Assembly: GCA_030141605.1 (NCBI GenBank)
Contig: JAQGDQ010000166.1
Span: 378,570-442,569, forward strand
Source: Tubiluchus corallicola
Lineage: Eukaryota; Animalia; Priapulida
Direction of reading: 5' to 3'
DNA: 64,000 nucleotides
The translations under genes were made by a program, and so were the position numbers. How positions within the stretch are numbered: the first letter of the stretch is position 1; every line of letters starts with the position of its first letter. The notes beneath the pieces were generated by a model, which saw only the letters and a list, made by a program, of their open reading frames with translations, was not told where the DNA came from and searched no databases. Shown piece after piece: positions 26,462 through 40,744 of this stretch.

Positions 26462-26769
26462 ATTAGTAGGCCTATAGTACCATACTATTGAAAATAACAA
26501 AACAAGACTGCACAATGCAGATGAGGTCATAATATAGTACGTGCAGCATATACAATATGAAAAAATTAATAGTTAAAAAATAAACCATTGTCTCAGAACT
26601 TTAATTAAGGCTATCAATTTCAAAAAAGTTTTGTGCAAATAGCAAAATCTTGAATATACTAAAATATTAAACAATCCATTTCATAGCTTAAGCTTGTGTT
26701 CCCATTGTAATATCGTCATTTAGTAATTTACCAAGAATTACCAAGTAACTTTTTCACCACTGCCGTATC

Positions 26770-27468
26770 ATGTGGCGCATCGGTTACCCCGGATACGGTA
26801 GCTAGATCAGAAAAATTTAGGTTGTCTGTTTCCATGTGAGGCTGCACCATATGATGTCGACACTAACCGGTGCTCAATAGTATCCCTTGGCAGAAAACCC
26901 TGTTGCTCAGTGGCACAGCATAGCTGAGACGGCTGCAGAAATTTCCTGTTGCAGAATGCCCCAGACCTACAACCGAGTTGAACAATAGGCCTGCCGGTTG
27001 CCGAAACTGGTACCGTGGTTGACACTGGGACCGCCGAGTTACCCAAACCGCTCCTAACAGCGCTGACAAGTGCCGGAACCGATGTCTAGTAGAAAAACTA
27101 CCCTTTCTGGGTGCTGACAGCCGGGTAGGCTGTGCCCGGTGATTTGAGATCCGAGTTACCTTTTCCTAGCCTTTGCCTAAAGAGGCATTGACCTGCAAGC
27201 CTGCAGGTGGTTTTGTAATGACAGTGATCCTTCTCCTAGCCTTTGTCACAGTTACAACAGCCTGCAAAGCAGCAGGGGGTTTGAAATCAGAGTTTCCTTC
27301 TCCTATCTCCTATGTGTTGGCTAAACTAGGCACCATGGAAAGTACCATACAAGCGAGCAGGGAGACTAGGACTACCAGTAGGGACGTATTCCTAGGACCC
27401 TTGCTGAGGTAAGATATCACCCCTCTACAAGGCTTGCGGTTGCAGTTTAACGTCATACCAAGGACGAA
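26770..27468 (-). mobile_element. RTE-type LINE 5' region fragment
   Basis: Minus strand GTCCTTGGTATGACGTTAAACTGC...TAGGAGAAGGAAACTCTGATTTCAAACC resembles RTE 5' UTRs (recalled, not searched). Confidence 0.45.
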
Positions 27469-29202
27469 TCTAACATTTTATAAATATTTATATTATCAGA
27501 GGCCAATGTTTCCATCATTCTTACGACCATCCTTGCCTAGTTTGGTTAAAAAGAGGAGATTTCAATAAAAATGTTCAACGCGTCTCAAAAAGAAAGCCAC
27601 AATGTAGTAAAACAAGTAGTTCTTAACCCTCTTACAAATGTAGTGAATGTAGTGATTTAGAAGTAATCAAGGCATTTATTGATTATGTTGATAAAGCGTT
27701 TGAAAAACATGATGAACAATATACTATGTAATGATCACATTTTTACGGGGGCTAAATGCTATTTATTTTCCTCCCCACACCCCTCTACATTGTGGTGGTG
27801 TCGTTCGTACAAAGCCATTGCATAGTTGAATATCATATTAAAAACCGTCGTTGTGGAATGAACTCGTTGATTCAGCAGGTAAATGGACAGGTGGTTTTAC
27901 CATCGCAGCACCTGTTCCGTAGAAACAACGAGCATGAAGTATACTGGACAAGTTTACTTCAACAAAACTCATCCTGGCAGTGATCCCGGACTACTTGACC
28001 TCCGAAATACAAGGGAACGAACCGACTAGGGGAGCCACCAATCAGACCCCCTGACGGTGAACAACCAGCAACGTTACAATGTTGTTGAAGATGAGGCCAG
28101 ATGAATGACAATCTATTTCAAACACTAGTTATTATACTCTTCATTTAAATGACTAAAACAAACTGACAGGAATCAGAATTCATTTGTTTCACCAATAATT
28201 GTTTGTTTCACACTTCAAATTGTGTATATGTCTTGTTTCTTGTTTTGTATTTGTTTTTAATAAACAAACACTGACAAATAAATAAATAAATAAATAAAAT
28301 GCATTGCTTTCGCCCAACCTCTGTCCTACTCGTATTTTTCTTCCCGCCTTAACCTCTCTTTTCTTATCTCTTCCTCTCTTCTCACCTTTTCGTTTTTCCT
28401 CCTCATCTGTTCATCCTCCATATTCTTTGATCCTTCCTTCTTTCTGTCCTCCTCTTTCCTCTTCTGTCCACCCTCCTCTTTTTTATGCTCCTCCTTTCCT
28501 GCCCCATCCGAATTCTTTTTCTCTCTTTGATTTTCTTTCTACTCTACTCTACATCGTCACACCATCTTTTCCACCTACTATGATCAAGTCCTCGCTCACT
28601 TTTAATTTTGTACCTGTGATTATAATTAATCTCAGCTGTAGGTCTGACTAATTTGCCGTAAGTCTGTAAGTATTGCTAACTCACCACGCACACAATAAAT
28701 AACACACCTTTTCACAGTTTCGTTGTGCGCAGGCGCAGTTGCTGTAGGTCAAAGGTTAAGTATACCACAGCAATGCGTCAACTACAACCGTCACGTGACA
28801 CGTGAGTAAATCAAAGCCATCTGCCACGTAAGTTCAGTAACTTCAATTGTTTTACGTGGACTTTACTTAATTATTCATTAGTCTGAGCGTAGAGTGATAT
28901 AATAGCAGGATCTTGCTTGGAAACAAGAAAAAATGAACTATGTAAGCTTCTAGCTAGCTGTTAAATCTGTTACTGTTACAATAGATTGGGCTGCGAGGCG
29001 TTGCCAAGTGTACACAAATACGTCGTCTAGTACACTTAACCTTTGACCTTTTCACATCATCAATCGCTGGAACTGTGAAAAGGCTTATCGCCTGTATTTT
29101 CATTTTCCAATTATTTTATCGTCCCAGTTTGTGGTAAAAAGTTAAAACATTTTTTATGATCATTACGTAATGGTTACAAACATTTGACATTTTTATTTGT
29201 AG

Positions 29203-29302
29203 TGATACTCTAGCTTTTGCTACTGAACCAGTGATAGCTAGTTTAGCCAACTTACTTGGTAATTACGACAGGATGCCACAGACAGTTCCTGCACAAATTA
29301 AG
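29203..29302 (+). CDS. SCYL2: SCYL2-like exon 3
   Basis: tttgtag|T GAT...; DTLAFATEPVIASLANLLGNYDRMPQTVPAQIK; aag|gtacgt. Confidence 0.9.
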
Positions 29303-29310
29303 GTACGTAT

Positions 29311-29676
29311 TGTTACGGGTGGCAAATGTTATTTATTTTCGACCCCTCTACACTGTGACAGTTTCGTCCATACGAAGCCACTGCATAGTGGCGTTGAATG
29401 CCAGGTATAAAACCAGGTATATGGCCTTGTTGATTCAGCATATAAACGGACAGGTGTTTTTGCCATCACAGCACCTGTTCCGTAGAAACACCTAGCATGA
29501 AGTACACAAGACAAGTTTACTTCGACAAATCTGTCTGATTTTATAAAGTTTGCATCGTCCTGGCAGTGAACCCGAACTACTTGATCACCAAAATAGGAGG
29601 GAACGAACCGACCAGTGGAGCCACCAATCAGACCCCCTGGTGGCGAGGACCCAGCACCCAGCATCGATATTTACAT
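29311..29676. mobile_element. Solo-LTR-like repeat; second copy about 27741-28078 inserted in a LINE 3' fragment
   Basis: TGTTACG...TTACA ends; two homologous copies; no clear TSD. Confidence 0.55.
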
Positions 29677-29678
29677 TT

Positions 29679-30018
29679 CTTTTTCTCTAGTGATTGCAAC
29701 TACAGTTATTCTACTAGTGGCGTTAGCGGCCAGTTTTAGTTAATAACGGAAATAGTTCATGTCTTCTTCTCTAGTGATTGCAACTATAGTTTTTCTACTA
29801 GAGACGTTAGCTGCCAGTTTTAGTTAATAACGGAAATAGTTCATGTCTTTTTCTCTAGTGATTGCAACTACAGTTCTTCTACTAGAGACGGAAGCTGCCA
29901 GTTTTAGTTAATAACGGAAATAGTTCATGTCTTCTTCTCTAGTGATTGCAACTATAGTTCTTCTACTAGAGACGTTAGCAGCCAGTTTTGGTTAATAACG
30001 GAAATAGTTCATGTCTTT
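29679..30018. repeat. 84-bp tandem repeat x4
   Basis: TTCTCTAGTGATTGCAACTA...GGAAATAGTTCATGTC; period 84. Confidence 0.92.
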
Positions 30019-30019
30019 T

Positions 30020-30630
30020 CTTGGTCCTAAAGAACCGCATCAGCTGATGAAGCCATCTAGGGTGAAACCTCCTAACAAAAAATCAGTTTTGACATTGAGA
30101 AAGACCATTCAACGTTTTGTTTCTACATTCATGATGACAAATCTCAGGAGAACTCTCTCATATTTTAATCATAGAAATGTCGTTTTTGCCTTTCAGTCGT
30201 TTTAATGGCGCATCAGTGTAAAGAACAAAAGATATTAAATTAATATGAATAAATTATTGGCTGTTCTTGATTCTGAACTTCTAACCAAAAAATAAGGAAC
30301 AGCATAGAGTTGACCAACATCTTTTCTTTAAATTTTGTTGAAAGAAAATCATCAAACTTTGCCTTCGTATTTAACACGCCCACCACCTTTCTTACCTCTT
30401 TGCTTATGAGGAGATATCATACTCTATAGCTAATTGTGGAGAAATTCAAACTAAAAATCACGTTTTGATGGACTGTCATTTAACAGTTGAAAAAAGAAGA
30501 AGATTCAACAATGTAAACTTTACATCCTTGATGTAATTTAGTCTTTGTATAATGTTGCTGTTTTCTAAAAAGTAGAAAGTTTTGGACTTACTTTGAAATG
30601 TTTCAATTCTCCTATGCCTGTCAAAGATTG

Positions 30631-30712
<82 letters not shown>

Positions 30713-30714
30713 GC

Positions 30715-30751
<37 letters not shown>

Positions 30752-30803
30752 ACTGCTACTGCTACTGCTACTGCTACTGCTACTGCTACTGCTACTGCTA
30801 CTG

Positions 30804-30844
<41 letters not shown>

Positions 30845-30851
30845 GCTGCTG

Positions 30852-30894
<43 letters not shown>

Positions 30895-31125
30895 ATTACC
30901 ACTACCACTACCATTAGTACTACTACTACTAATGAAGAAACTTGTGCTACCAAGTTCAAGGTGAACCAGTATTTACTACATCCTCTTAACACAAGCTGCA
31001 AACGTACGTGTGACACTTGCATTGACGTTATTTTAGGATTTCTTCAGGAAACCACCAGTCATTGCAACACTAAAGCTTTTACAATCCGTTTTTACTGCCC
31101 GAATACTGCGAATTTTATCTGACGC
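30020..31125 (+). mobile_element. Highly decayed Penelope-like remnant interrupted by (GCT)n/(ACT)n
   Basis: CTGATGA...GAAAC at 30044-30068; LSF-TVEKE...LDV-like remnant near 30470-30535; CKRTCDTC...FTIRFYC..TANFI resembles the region before the GIY-YIG motif. Confidence 0.4.
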
Positions 31126-31479
31126 AGGTCTGTAAATCCCTGATTGATTAGGTTGTCACAGCAGTGCCCTTTTACTAATGCCATTAAACCTCTGCTTATA
31201 GTTAATAAAACGATTGTTGCACAAATATAGTCTAAGCGCAAGCAGCCATCTCAGTTTTTAGAGTTTTATGTCAGCTTTGTGTGTGTGTGAACGTCTAAGG
31301 AAAATCACATAATTTCGTTTGCGAATTCACAAAACGTTTTGTTTTGTTCATGCAGAATTCACATTTTAGCTGCTATTAAAACTGACATGGACGACGTCAT
31401 GATATGTTTACTAAATTTTGTTAAAATAAATATCATTGAAAATAAACTGTACATACTATATACAGTTACTAATGACTAA

Positions 31480-32750
<1,271 letters not shown>

Positions 32751-34340
32751 AGGCAATAAAAAAACTAATAAACTGTTATGTTCAGTACATTCATGTTTAG
32801 ATGCGCGTTTGAAATAAGAGTATAAACAAGAGTATTATAATTTGTATTAACTTAAATATACGCAATGAAATAATTAAGCAATTAGCTCAAATTACAAAAA
32901 ATTTACATACTGAGTACTTGTACTAGTCAAATCAAGAAATATAAGGTACATCTTCATTAGTCTTTGCTGAAATTGCAGACTGTTTAACTAGGTAAATTAA
33001 TCATTATCTGACAAATAAGAAAAGTAAAAACGGAAGTGACGCAACAACTGAAACTAAAGGCAATTTCAAAAGCACTTTCAGTTTATCCTAAAGCCTTATT
33101 CACATCATTGTGCCAGTACATCACAGTTTCTTCGCAACTCATTAACGAAGAACGCTCAAGAACGACTTTCAACTTCCTTCAATGGCATTAAGTTTAACAT
33201 CTTCAGCGCATATTGTAACTTGTAAGCTGCTTTTAATGAACATTCTGCTTCCCAACTCTAATCACTGATCACTGGATCGTTGGAAGCCACCGGGCTCATC
33301 TCCATCATTCTGTAACTGCTAAGTTAATTAAAAGGAAAGGCATTCGACGAATACAGAAATTTCAAATAAACTGAACGTCTTTCCTTGTCGATCAACTTGA
33401 TTTGTTTAATCTTGGGATCAGTAATGGCGTCTTAAAGCTGCTTCTACGGACTAATAGACCATATGTATGTTCATTTAAAGGAAAAGGAAAGGCAATTTTA
33501 AAGTAAGTATATTCCCAAAAAACCTTCCATACAAAGTTATTTTCACACATTACGTTTTGCCTGCTTGAAAGACTTACGTAACTAAAAAAGAAAATTCTCG
33601 GTTATGTAATAAAAACGTTCGCGCCAACTTGTTACCTTCTCAATGTGCACCGCTGACTCACCAAAAACGTGTTATTGATCTTACTGACATATTGATATAA
33701 AGTAGTTGATATTTTTGCTTAGTTAGCGAAGAGTGTGTTACGATTGTTCTGATTATTTGTTTGTTTTCATATTAAATCTCCTGCAATACTGTTCCGACCG
33801 CGCCATTACGTGACGTCATATACTCACAACGTAAAACAGGGGAAGAAAAGGAAATGTTAAATTATGTCCCAAAAAAACTTATGCAACGTTATATTACTTA
33901 GCTTTTCGCTTACCTGCTGGACAGACTTGTGTAACTAGAAAAGAAAATTATTAATTATTTAAGATCTTTTCACCAATTGGTAAAATGTGGTTGACTCACC
34001 TCCAGGGTGCACCACTCACTAGCCAAAAACGTATTTTTTATCTTGACAAAATACAGTAATTTAAAATTTTGCTTAATATGTGACGTGTACGCTACGAATG
34101 CTCTGATTATTTTTCCAATCTTCACGCAATGTTACCAAAACTTGTTTCAAACGACTTACCGTTAAAATGGCTGCGTCTTACAGTCATCGCGGCGAGTTTA
34201 AATTTGCAAGTTTTATATAGACAGGTTTGATATATTTTACTGCTAACGCAAGCCCTCTACGCAATAAGACAGCATATAAGTTATTTAAAGTTTCATGACG
34301 AATCCTTTAAACTCTAAGCTATGTATATATAATATATATA

Positions 34341-34388
<48 letters not shown>

Positions 34389-34547
34389 CATAATTCACCA
34401 TCTCCCATACATGTCATACATTATATATATATATATATAACTTGTGTGACTTGTTTGAGAGATGGTGCATTTTCATACTTTTTGATACTTTTTGCTACTT
34501 GTTGTGGGTTATCATAGTTTTCATTGTACTTTTTTCTTATGTTCTAG

Positions 34548-34592
34548 GACTACGCTTTTTTAGACATGGAACTAAAGTACGGAATTCTGCAG
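34548..34592 (+). CDS. SCYL2: SCYL2-like exon 4
   Basis: DYAFLDMELKYGILQ; tag| and |gtatgt; 45 nt. Confidence 0.9.
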
Positions 34593-35270
34593 GTATGTGA
34601 GAATATTGCAGTTGTGACGTAAGAATAACTATTTTGTTTTAATTTTTGAGCTGCATTTCTGTCGGAGATCACTCTACCGGCAGTTGTGCGAACGCGTGAA
34701 ACGCTGCGCCATCCAGCGGCTAGCGGGTAAAAAAGTACAATGCGTTTCTCATATCTATGGCGTTAGCAATAACAATTATTATCTATGGTTTACCCGCTCT
34801 TCGCTGAAGTATGCGTCATCGGTTTTTGCGTTAAGTGAAAACTCCGTACATAGTGTTGTGCTTCGTGGCTTTCATCTGTAGCTTTGTAGTCAACACCTAT
34901 TTAACCCCTTCTCCATTCCACAATAAAATTCCAAAGCATATTAACCGCTTCATAAAAGTGAAATAAAAACATTCAGACACAAACTACTAAATTTCAATGT
35001 CAAACAAAATCCAAACAGTCAGATGCATAACTTGGTTTCAACAGAAAGGTGCGTTTTGCGTGAAAGGGTGTTCAGTAGAATATATACAAACGTTTCAGCT
35101 ACGTCTGAGTGATGAATACTAGTATAAGACAGGGTAGTGTAATTTAGGGTCCTGCATTTCACCACTTCTTCAGAGAGGTTATTTGTTCCCTATGTGTTCA
35201 GTAATTCATCACAGCACTTTGAGGGCGTGTATATTGTCAGTGAAGGCACAATGATTACTGTTACAAAGCT

Positions 35271-36175
35271 CGGTGCCGGATTTTGATTTTGTCGGCCCCT
35301 GGGATACAGATACTGTGAGGCCCCGGCGCCCAGTAACAATTAGCAAAAGCATGAATGTTGGATTCTTCAAATCAGTTTATTCGACTTCTACAACATAATG
35401 TCAACATTAGGCCCACAGTGACAATTAGCAAAAGCATGAATGTTGGATTCTTCAAATCAGTTTATTCAACTTTTAGAACATAATGTCAACATTAGGCACA
35501 CAGTGACAATTAGCAAAAGCATGAATGATGGATTCTTCAAATCAGTTTATTCAACTTCTACAACATAATGTCAACATTAGGCCCACAGTGACAATTAGCA
35601 AAACCATGAATGTTGGATTCTTCAAATCAGTTTATTCAACATCTATAACATAATGCCAACATTAGGCCCCACAGTGACAATTAGCAAAAGCATGAATGTT
35701 GGATTATTCAAATCAGTTTATTCAACTTCTACAACATAATGCCAACATTAGACCCCCCAGGGACAATTAGCAAAAGCATGAACGTTGGATTCTTCAAATC
35801 AGTTTATTCAACTTCTACAACATAATGTCAAAATTAGGCCCACAGTGACAATTAGCAAAAGCATGAATGTTAGATTCTTCAAATCAGTTTATTCAACTTC
35901 TACAACATAATATCAACATTAGGCCAACATAGATGTGTGAAAGTTTAACACAACAAAAAGAGAAGAGATTTTCTGATAATTGCAAAATTAAAATAAGTTT
36001 TCGAATAAAATTACAATAAATAAATTACTGGTATTTTAACGTATATCACAAAATATGCTGTAATTAGCACTAATTAACTTTTCACGGTGAATTAATTTCA
36101 CTTAATCTCTGGGGGCCCTTCAGCTGGACGTACCTGGGCTGCAGCCCATAAACTCCATGCCTTAATCCAGCACTG
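35271..36175. mobile_element. hAT-like MITE carrying 7 x 85-bp tandem repeat
   Basis: Perfect 8-bp TSD ACAAAGCT (35263-35270 and 36176-36183); TIR CGGTGCCGGATT...AATCCAGCACTG; internal array 35336-35925. Confidence 0.85.
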
Positions 36176-36261
36176 ACAAAGCTTTGCATTCCTATTATCC
36201 ATGTTGTGTACCTATTCCATTGGTGAGGATTCGTTACTTATTTAACATTACGACACTACAG

Positions 36262-36402
36262 ATTACAGAGGCGTTGTCATACATTCATGGTACAGAACAG
36301 ACGATACACGGAAACGTATCTCCTCAATCGATTCTTGTTAACAAAAAGGGGACATGGAAGCTTGCGGGAATGGAGTTTGTACAAAAACATCAGGACGGAA
36401 GC
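36262..36402 (+). CDS. SCYL2: SCYL2-like exon 5
   Basis: ITEALSYIHGTEQTIHGNVSPQSILVNKKGTWKLAGMEF (pseudokinase HGN loop, no HRD/DFG); |gtaagc. Confidence 0.92.
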
Positions 36403-37253
36403 GTAAGCTTTGCTATAATTTCACTAAATTTTGTAGTTTTGCAGGAATGGAAATCATCGTCCACACTTATACATAGCGGCGTGATTTATTTCAACAACTG
36501 AAGTTCAACATCAGAAGAAGATGTCACAATCATAGAATTTGCGAAGCCGCCCGCAAAAATTTGATAGATACAGCCACAACACAATAAAATTTAAAAATGG
36601 GTGAATTTTACAACAATTACTACCAGATAGTTGAGATGTTGTTCAGTTGTGACGTATTGTAAGTGTTTGAGAGCTGGTACGTAAGCACAGCGGTAAACTT
36701 GAAATTTGAATTTTTAAACTTGAAATTGGCTGAGTTTTTTGAAATCACACTGAATGTTGTACAGTAACACTGCACTTCAATTTTTGCTTTCGTAAACACA
36801 TGCAGCACCCTCGTGGAATGTTTGTGCTGTTAAAAATTATGTTAGTTTGTGACGTCATCAACATTTGGGCTCGCCGTTTTTTAATTAAGTTTGTAAGCTA
36901 TTATTTAATTGCCGGACATAATTTGGCATTATTGTAGGTAACAAAAAGTATACTTTTTACCATACTTCAAAATGAGGTAGGATATAAAAAATCATCCTGT
37001 TTTCTTTCAACATTAGTCCAATGCTTTTGTTTCACTGTCACGAAAATAAAACTCATAGATGCATAATAACTACACTCTGCTACAAAAATTATGTTCGTAT
37101 GTGATGTCATCACTATACGCGTACTCTAGCTATGAGTTTTTAAACTGTTTTAATTATGAAGTAAATAAATAAATGTTTACCAATTTAGTGATATTACATA
37201 AGATTTGTAAAGAAAAGCAAGAAGTTGAAAACAGGACAAACAAATTTAACTAA

Positions 37254-37423
37254 CTATCCGTCATTTTAATCAAATTTTGTTAGACAAAACCAATGGCGAT
37301 GACTGTGATTAGAACTTTTCTAAATTGGTCGTGGCAAATTTACTAAAACGCATCACAGTCATCGACATTGGGTTCTGTCATCTGTCATCGCTTTTGTCTA
37401 AAAAATTGATTAAAATGATGGAT
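37254..37423. repeat. Short palindromic MITE
   Basis: TATCCGTCATTTTAATCAAATTT ... AAATTGATTAAAATGATGGATA. Confidence 0.7.
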
Positions 37424-38730
37424 AATTTGATTAAAGGGTAGGGACCAGTGTTAAAGCAATGTTTTTTCTTGACAACTCTAATGCACTACTATTATTTATT
37501 ATTATTTATATTTCATTAGAATTTTTTATTTCATTTACAATTTCATAACTTTTGTAAAATCCACCCATTTTATTATTGTTCACCATCGTAACTGTATTTT
37601 TTGTTCTTTCGGGTGCTTCTCAAATTCTATGATTGTGATATCTTGTTTTGGTGCTGAAATATCACTTGTTTTAATAAATCATGACTCTATGTATAAGTGG
37701 ATGTTGGTGATTTATTTACTTGCTAAATTTCACAGTCGTAAATTTGTTTTTACTAGCTTTGTGCTTAAAACACAAGAAAACCCTTGAAAAACATAAAGCT
37801 TGAAAAATTCGCTTAGAAATTTTATATCACTTACATACTGCCTTTTTGCATGCAGGACTTCAATCGGTAGTAACGCTGTATAAAGTATGTTAATTTGAAC
37901 TCCGATGATCGTTAGACGAAGCCATTTTGACGATAAGTCATTTGAAACAACTTTAGATAACACTGTGTGAAGTTTGAAAAAATAATCAAAGCATTCTTTG
38001 CGCACACGTCACTAATTAAGCAGAATTTTAAATTACTGTATCTTGTCAATAAGATCAAAAATACGTTTCTTGGTGAGTCAGTGGTGCACCCTGGAGGTGA
38101 GTCAACGACACTTTACCAATTGGCACAAACATTTTAAATTACCATTTCTACTTACCTAAACCTTTCCAGCAGGTAAGAGAAATGCTAAGTAATATAACTT
38201 TGCACGGAAACTTTTTCGGGACGTAATTTAACATTTCCTTTTCATCCTCTGATTTACGTTGTGAGTATGTGACGTCATGTAATGGCGACGTCGGAACAGT
38301 ATTGCAAGAGATTTAAAAGGAAAACAAACAAAAAATCCTTTCAACTCGAGTACGATATGCGCATAAAATAGCTATAAAGTAATACAATTTTTCAAGACGA
38401 TTTTTCTAAAACCTACTTCAGGTACCCCTTTTCTTGTACTTTAACGTTAAATAAAAAGCGCATTTTGGAAAGCAGATTAATTTGTACGTTCGTTGGGTAT
38501 TTTAGTTTTCGCATTATATTATAAAACACACGACATCAAAATTTAGTTTTTTCAAAGACAGGATTCGAACTCGGGTTGAACTTGTTGCATGAAATTTACT
38601 GCTGACATTTAAATCACTTTTGACTTATTTAAAAACGCGCATGCGTAATTCTTAAACCTTTTATAGAACGAGTCAACTGCAAATGTAAGTCACAGTAATA
38701 AACAATAGTCCCTATTAATCAATTTGACAG

Positions 38731-38857
38731 GATTCTGCTTGCCCACCATTGTGGATGTCCAAAACCCATAAGATGACTCAACCTGATTTGGATTACTTAG
38801 CTCCAGAGGTGCAGATAGACAAAAGAGTTAGCATGTCAAGTGACGTGTTTTCTTTAG
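38731..38857 (+). CDS. SCYL2: SCYL2-like exon 6
   Basis: QPDLDYLAPEVQ...SDVFSLG; |gtaagt, phase 1. Confidence 0.92.
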
Positions 38858-38966
38858 GTAAGTTTAAAATGAACATAATTTCTTTCTTAATGTTACATAA
38901 ACTGCTGTAACTTTCAATGCCAACAAATAAAGCCTGTGTTCATATTCCAGTTTTGTTACGTTTTAG

Positions 38967-39055
38967 GTATGGTGGTATGCGCTCTGTACAATGATGGTAA
39001 ATCCTTAATAGACTGTGATCACAGCTCGGCGCTTTACCAGAAGAAATTAGAACAG
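38967..39055 (+). CDS. SCYL2: SCYL2-like exon 7
   Basis: GMVVCALYNDGKSLIDCDHSSALYQKKLEQ; |gttggt. Confidence 0.88.
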
Positions 39056-39157
39056 GTTGGTTTTGTCTTATTACATATGTAACAGATTTTTTACTTCGAA
39101 ATAGCCTACTCGTCAAAACCAAACAAAAACTAATTTGACCGGGTCTCATAGACAATA

Positions 39158-39583
39158 GGGCTAAAGTTTACAATTCCCCACAGACAAAAGTTATTTCCTG
39201 ATGCGGATTAGGGTTAGGGTTAGGATTAGGATTAAGGTTAGGGTTGGGGTTAGGTTAGGGATGGATTGGTTAGGATTAGGATTAGGGATAGGGTTGGGAT
39301 TAGGTTAGGGATGGATTGGTTAGGATTAGGGTTAGGGTTAGGGCTAAAGCTATGTATTGGTTAGGGTTAGGGCTAGGATTAGGGTTAGGGTTAGAATTAG
39401 GGTTAGGGCTAAACTTATGACTGGGTTAGGGTTAGGATTAGGATTACGGTTGGGGTTCGGTTAGGGATAGGTTGGTTAGGATTAGGGCTAAAGTTATGGT
39501 TAGGTTAGGGTTACGGTTACGGTTAGAGTTAGGCTTAGGACAGAGGTTATGGTTATGACTGGGAAATTGTAAACTGCTTCGCC
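39158..39583. mobile_element. MITE with degenerate (TTAGGG)n core; second copy about 47891-48510
   Basis: GGCTAAAGTTTACAATTCCCC ... GGGAAATTGTAAAC inverted ends; both copies share the left end. Confidence 0.7.
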
Positions 39584-40584
39584 AAGTGAAGGGGAATTTT
39601 AACAAAACTTTCGCTTGTTTTACTAATGTCATTATTGGCAGGAAACGTAATGAAAGCAAATACGAAACCTTCTTTCCTCTAATATGTCAAGTTCATCTTA
39701 TTAAAATAATCTGCTGCCAAATGAAATGGCTTCCCAGGCTGATAATAATTGCAGAAAATGATCTGCTTATATTGGCAGTGAAGCCCCTTAATATATCATT
39801 AAACTAAAAAAAAGGTTTTCTGGTCTCTGGCTTGGTTAATTAAACTCGTTTCTTTGATGTTCATGCATATTTCGTGAGCTTCCCCGAGATTAAGCTGATT
39901 TAAACAGCGAGGATGAATCGTTTTGTCTTGGGGTAACCTTGACAGGCTTCTGTATGATATTTGCTTTCGACTTTTCAATGTGACTTTTCATAAATAAGCT
40001 TTACTATCTTGTTGCTTCTGAGTATAAAATCGTCTTGGAGTTCAAAAAAGATAAAAAGTGTTTACGTATTTGTACCAGCTATAACCATCTAAGCTTAGAT
40101 TATTTTTTATTTTAATAATATTATATGTTATTATAATTTTATAACTACGTACAATATATGTTATAACTATGTAATATATCTTATAACAGCTCCAAAGAAT
40201 AACATGTGAACAGAATTTTGTATAGAAATTAGCAAGCCCACATCATTCACCTTTACAGACAGATAGGCCAGGTTGGAATCGTGCATGCATTACGGCATGC
40301 ATTCTGTTTTATACAGGTAAATTTGCATTACTGGGCTTCTCAACCATACCCATGCATTACTGGGCTTCTCAACTGTACCCATTAGTTGTTGATCAAAATC
40401 TGCATTCGTAACAATATTTTCAATTGACTTCAAATGATCAATTCTTCTGCACATTTGTTGCGCCACCTGGTGTATAAAGTTGAAAACACTATATACGTAC
40501 AAGCTTTTAAACAGATGCATCTATATACGAAAATTGTCGAAGTTCTAGATCTGCAACAATGCTAAATTATGCCTCTGTTTACAG

Positions 40585-40701
40585 CTCGACGAAGCGTTGA
40601 ATGAATTGATTGGCACAATGCCCTCAGCGCTTCAAGACCCAGTTGCTAAGATGTTACAAACAGAAGTTCGACATCGACCTACAGCTCAGCTATTTTCATT
40701 G
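40585..40701 (+). CDS. SCYL2: SCYL2-like exon 8
   Basis: LDEALNELIGTMPSALQDPVAKMLQTEVRHRPTAQLFSL; |gtatgt. Confidence 0.88.
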
Positions 40702-40744
40702 GTATGTTAATGATTCACAGGACTGTGCTGTATAAATGGACTGC

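Noticed and set aside
25541-26477. MELHLKLPPST-repeat ORFs
   Set aside because: Intronic minisatellite whose 34-bp variants break the frame; no flanking splice sites link it to the gene.
33050-33460. Minus-strand CR1/L2 RT remnant (ICAEDVKL)
   Set aside because: Too degenerate to support without a profile search.
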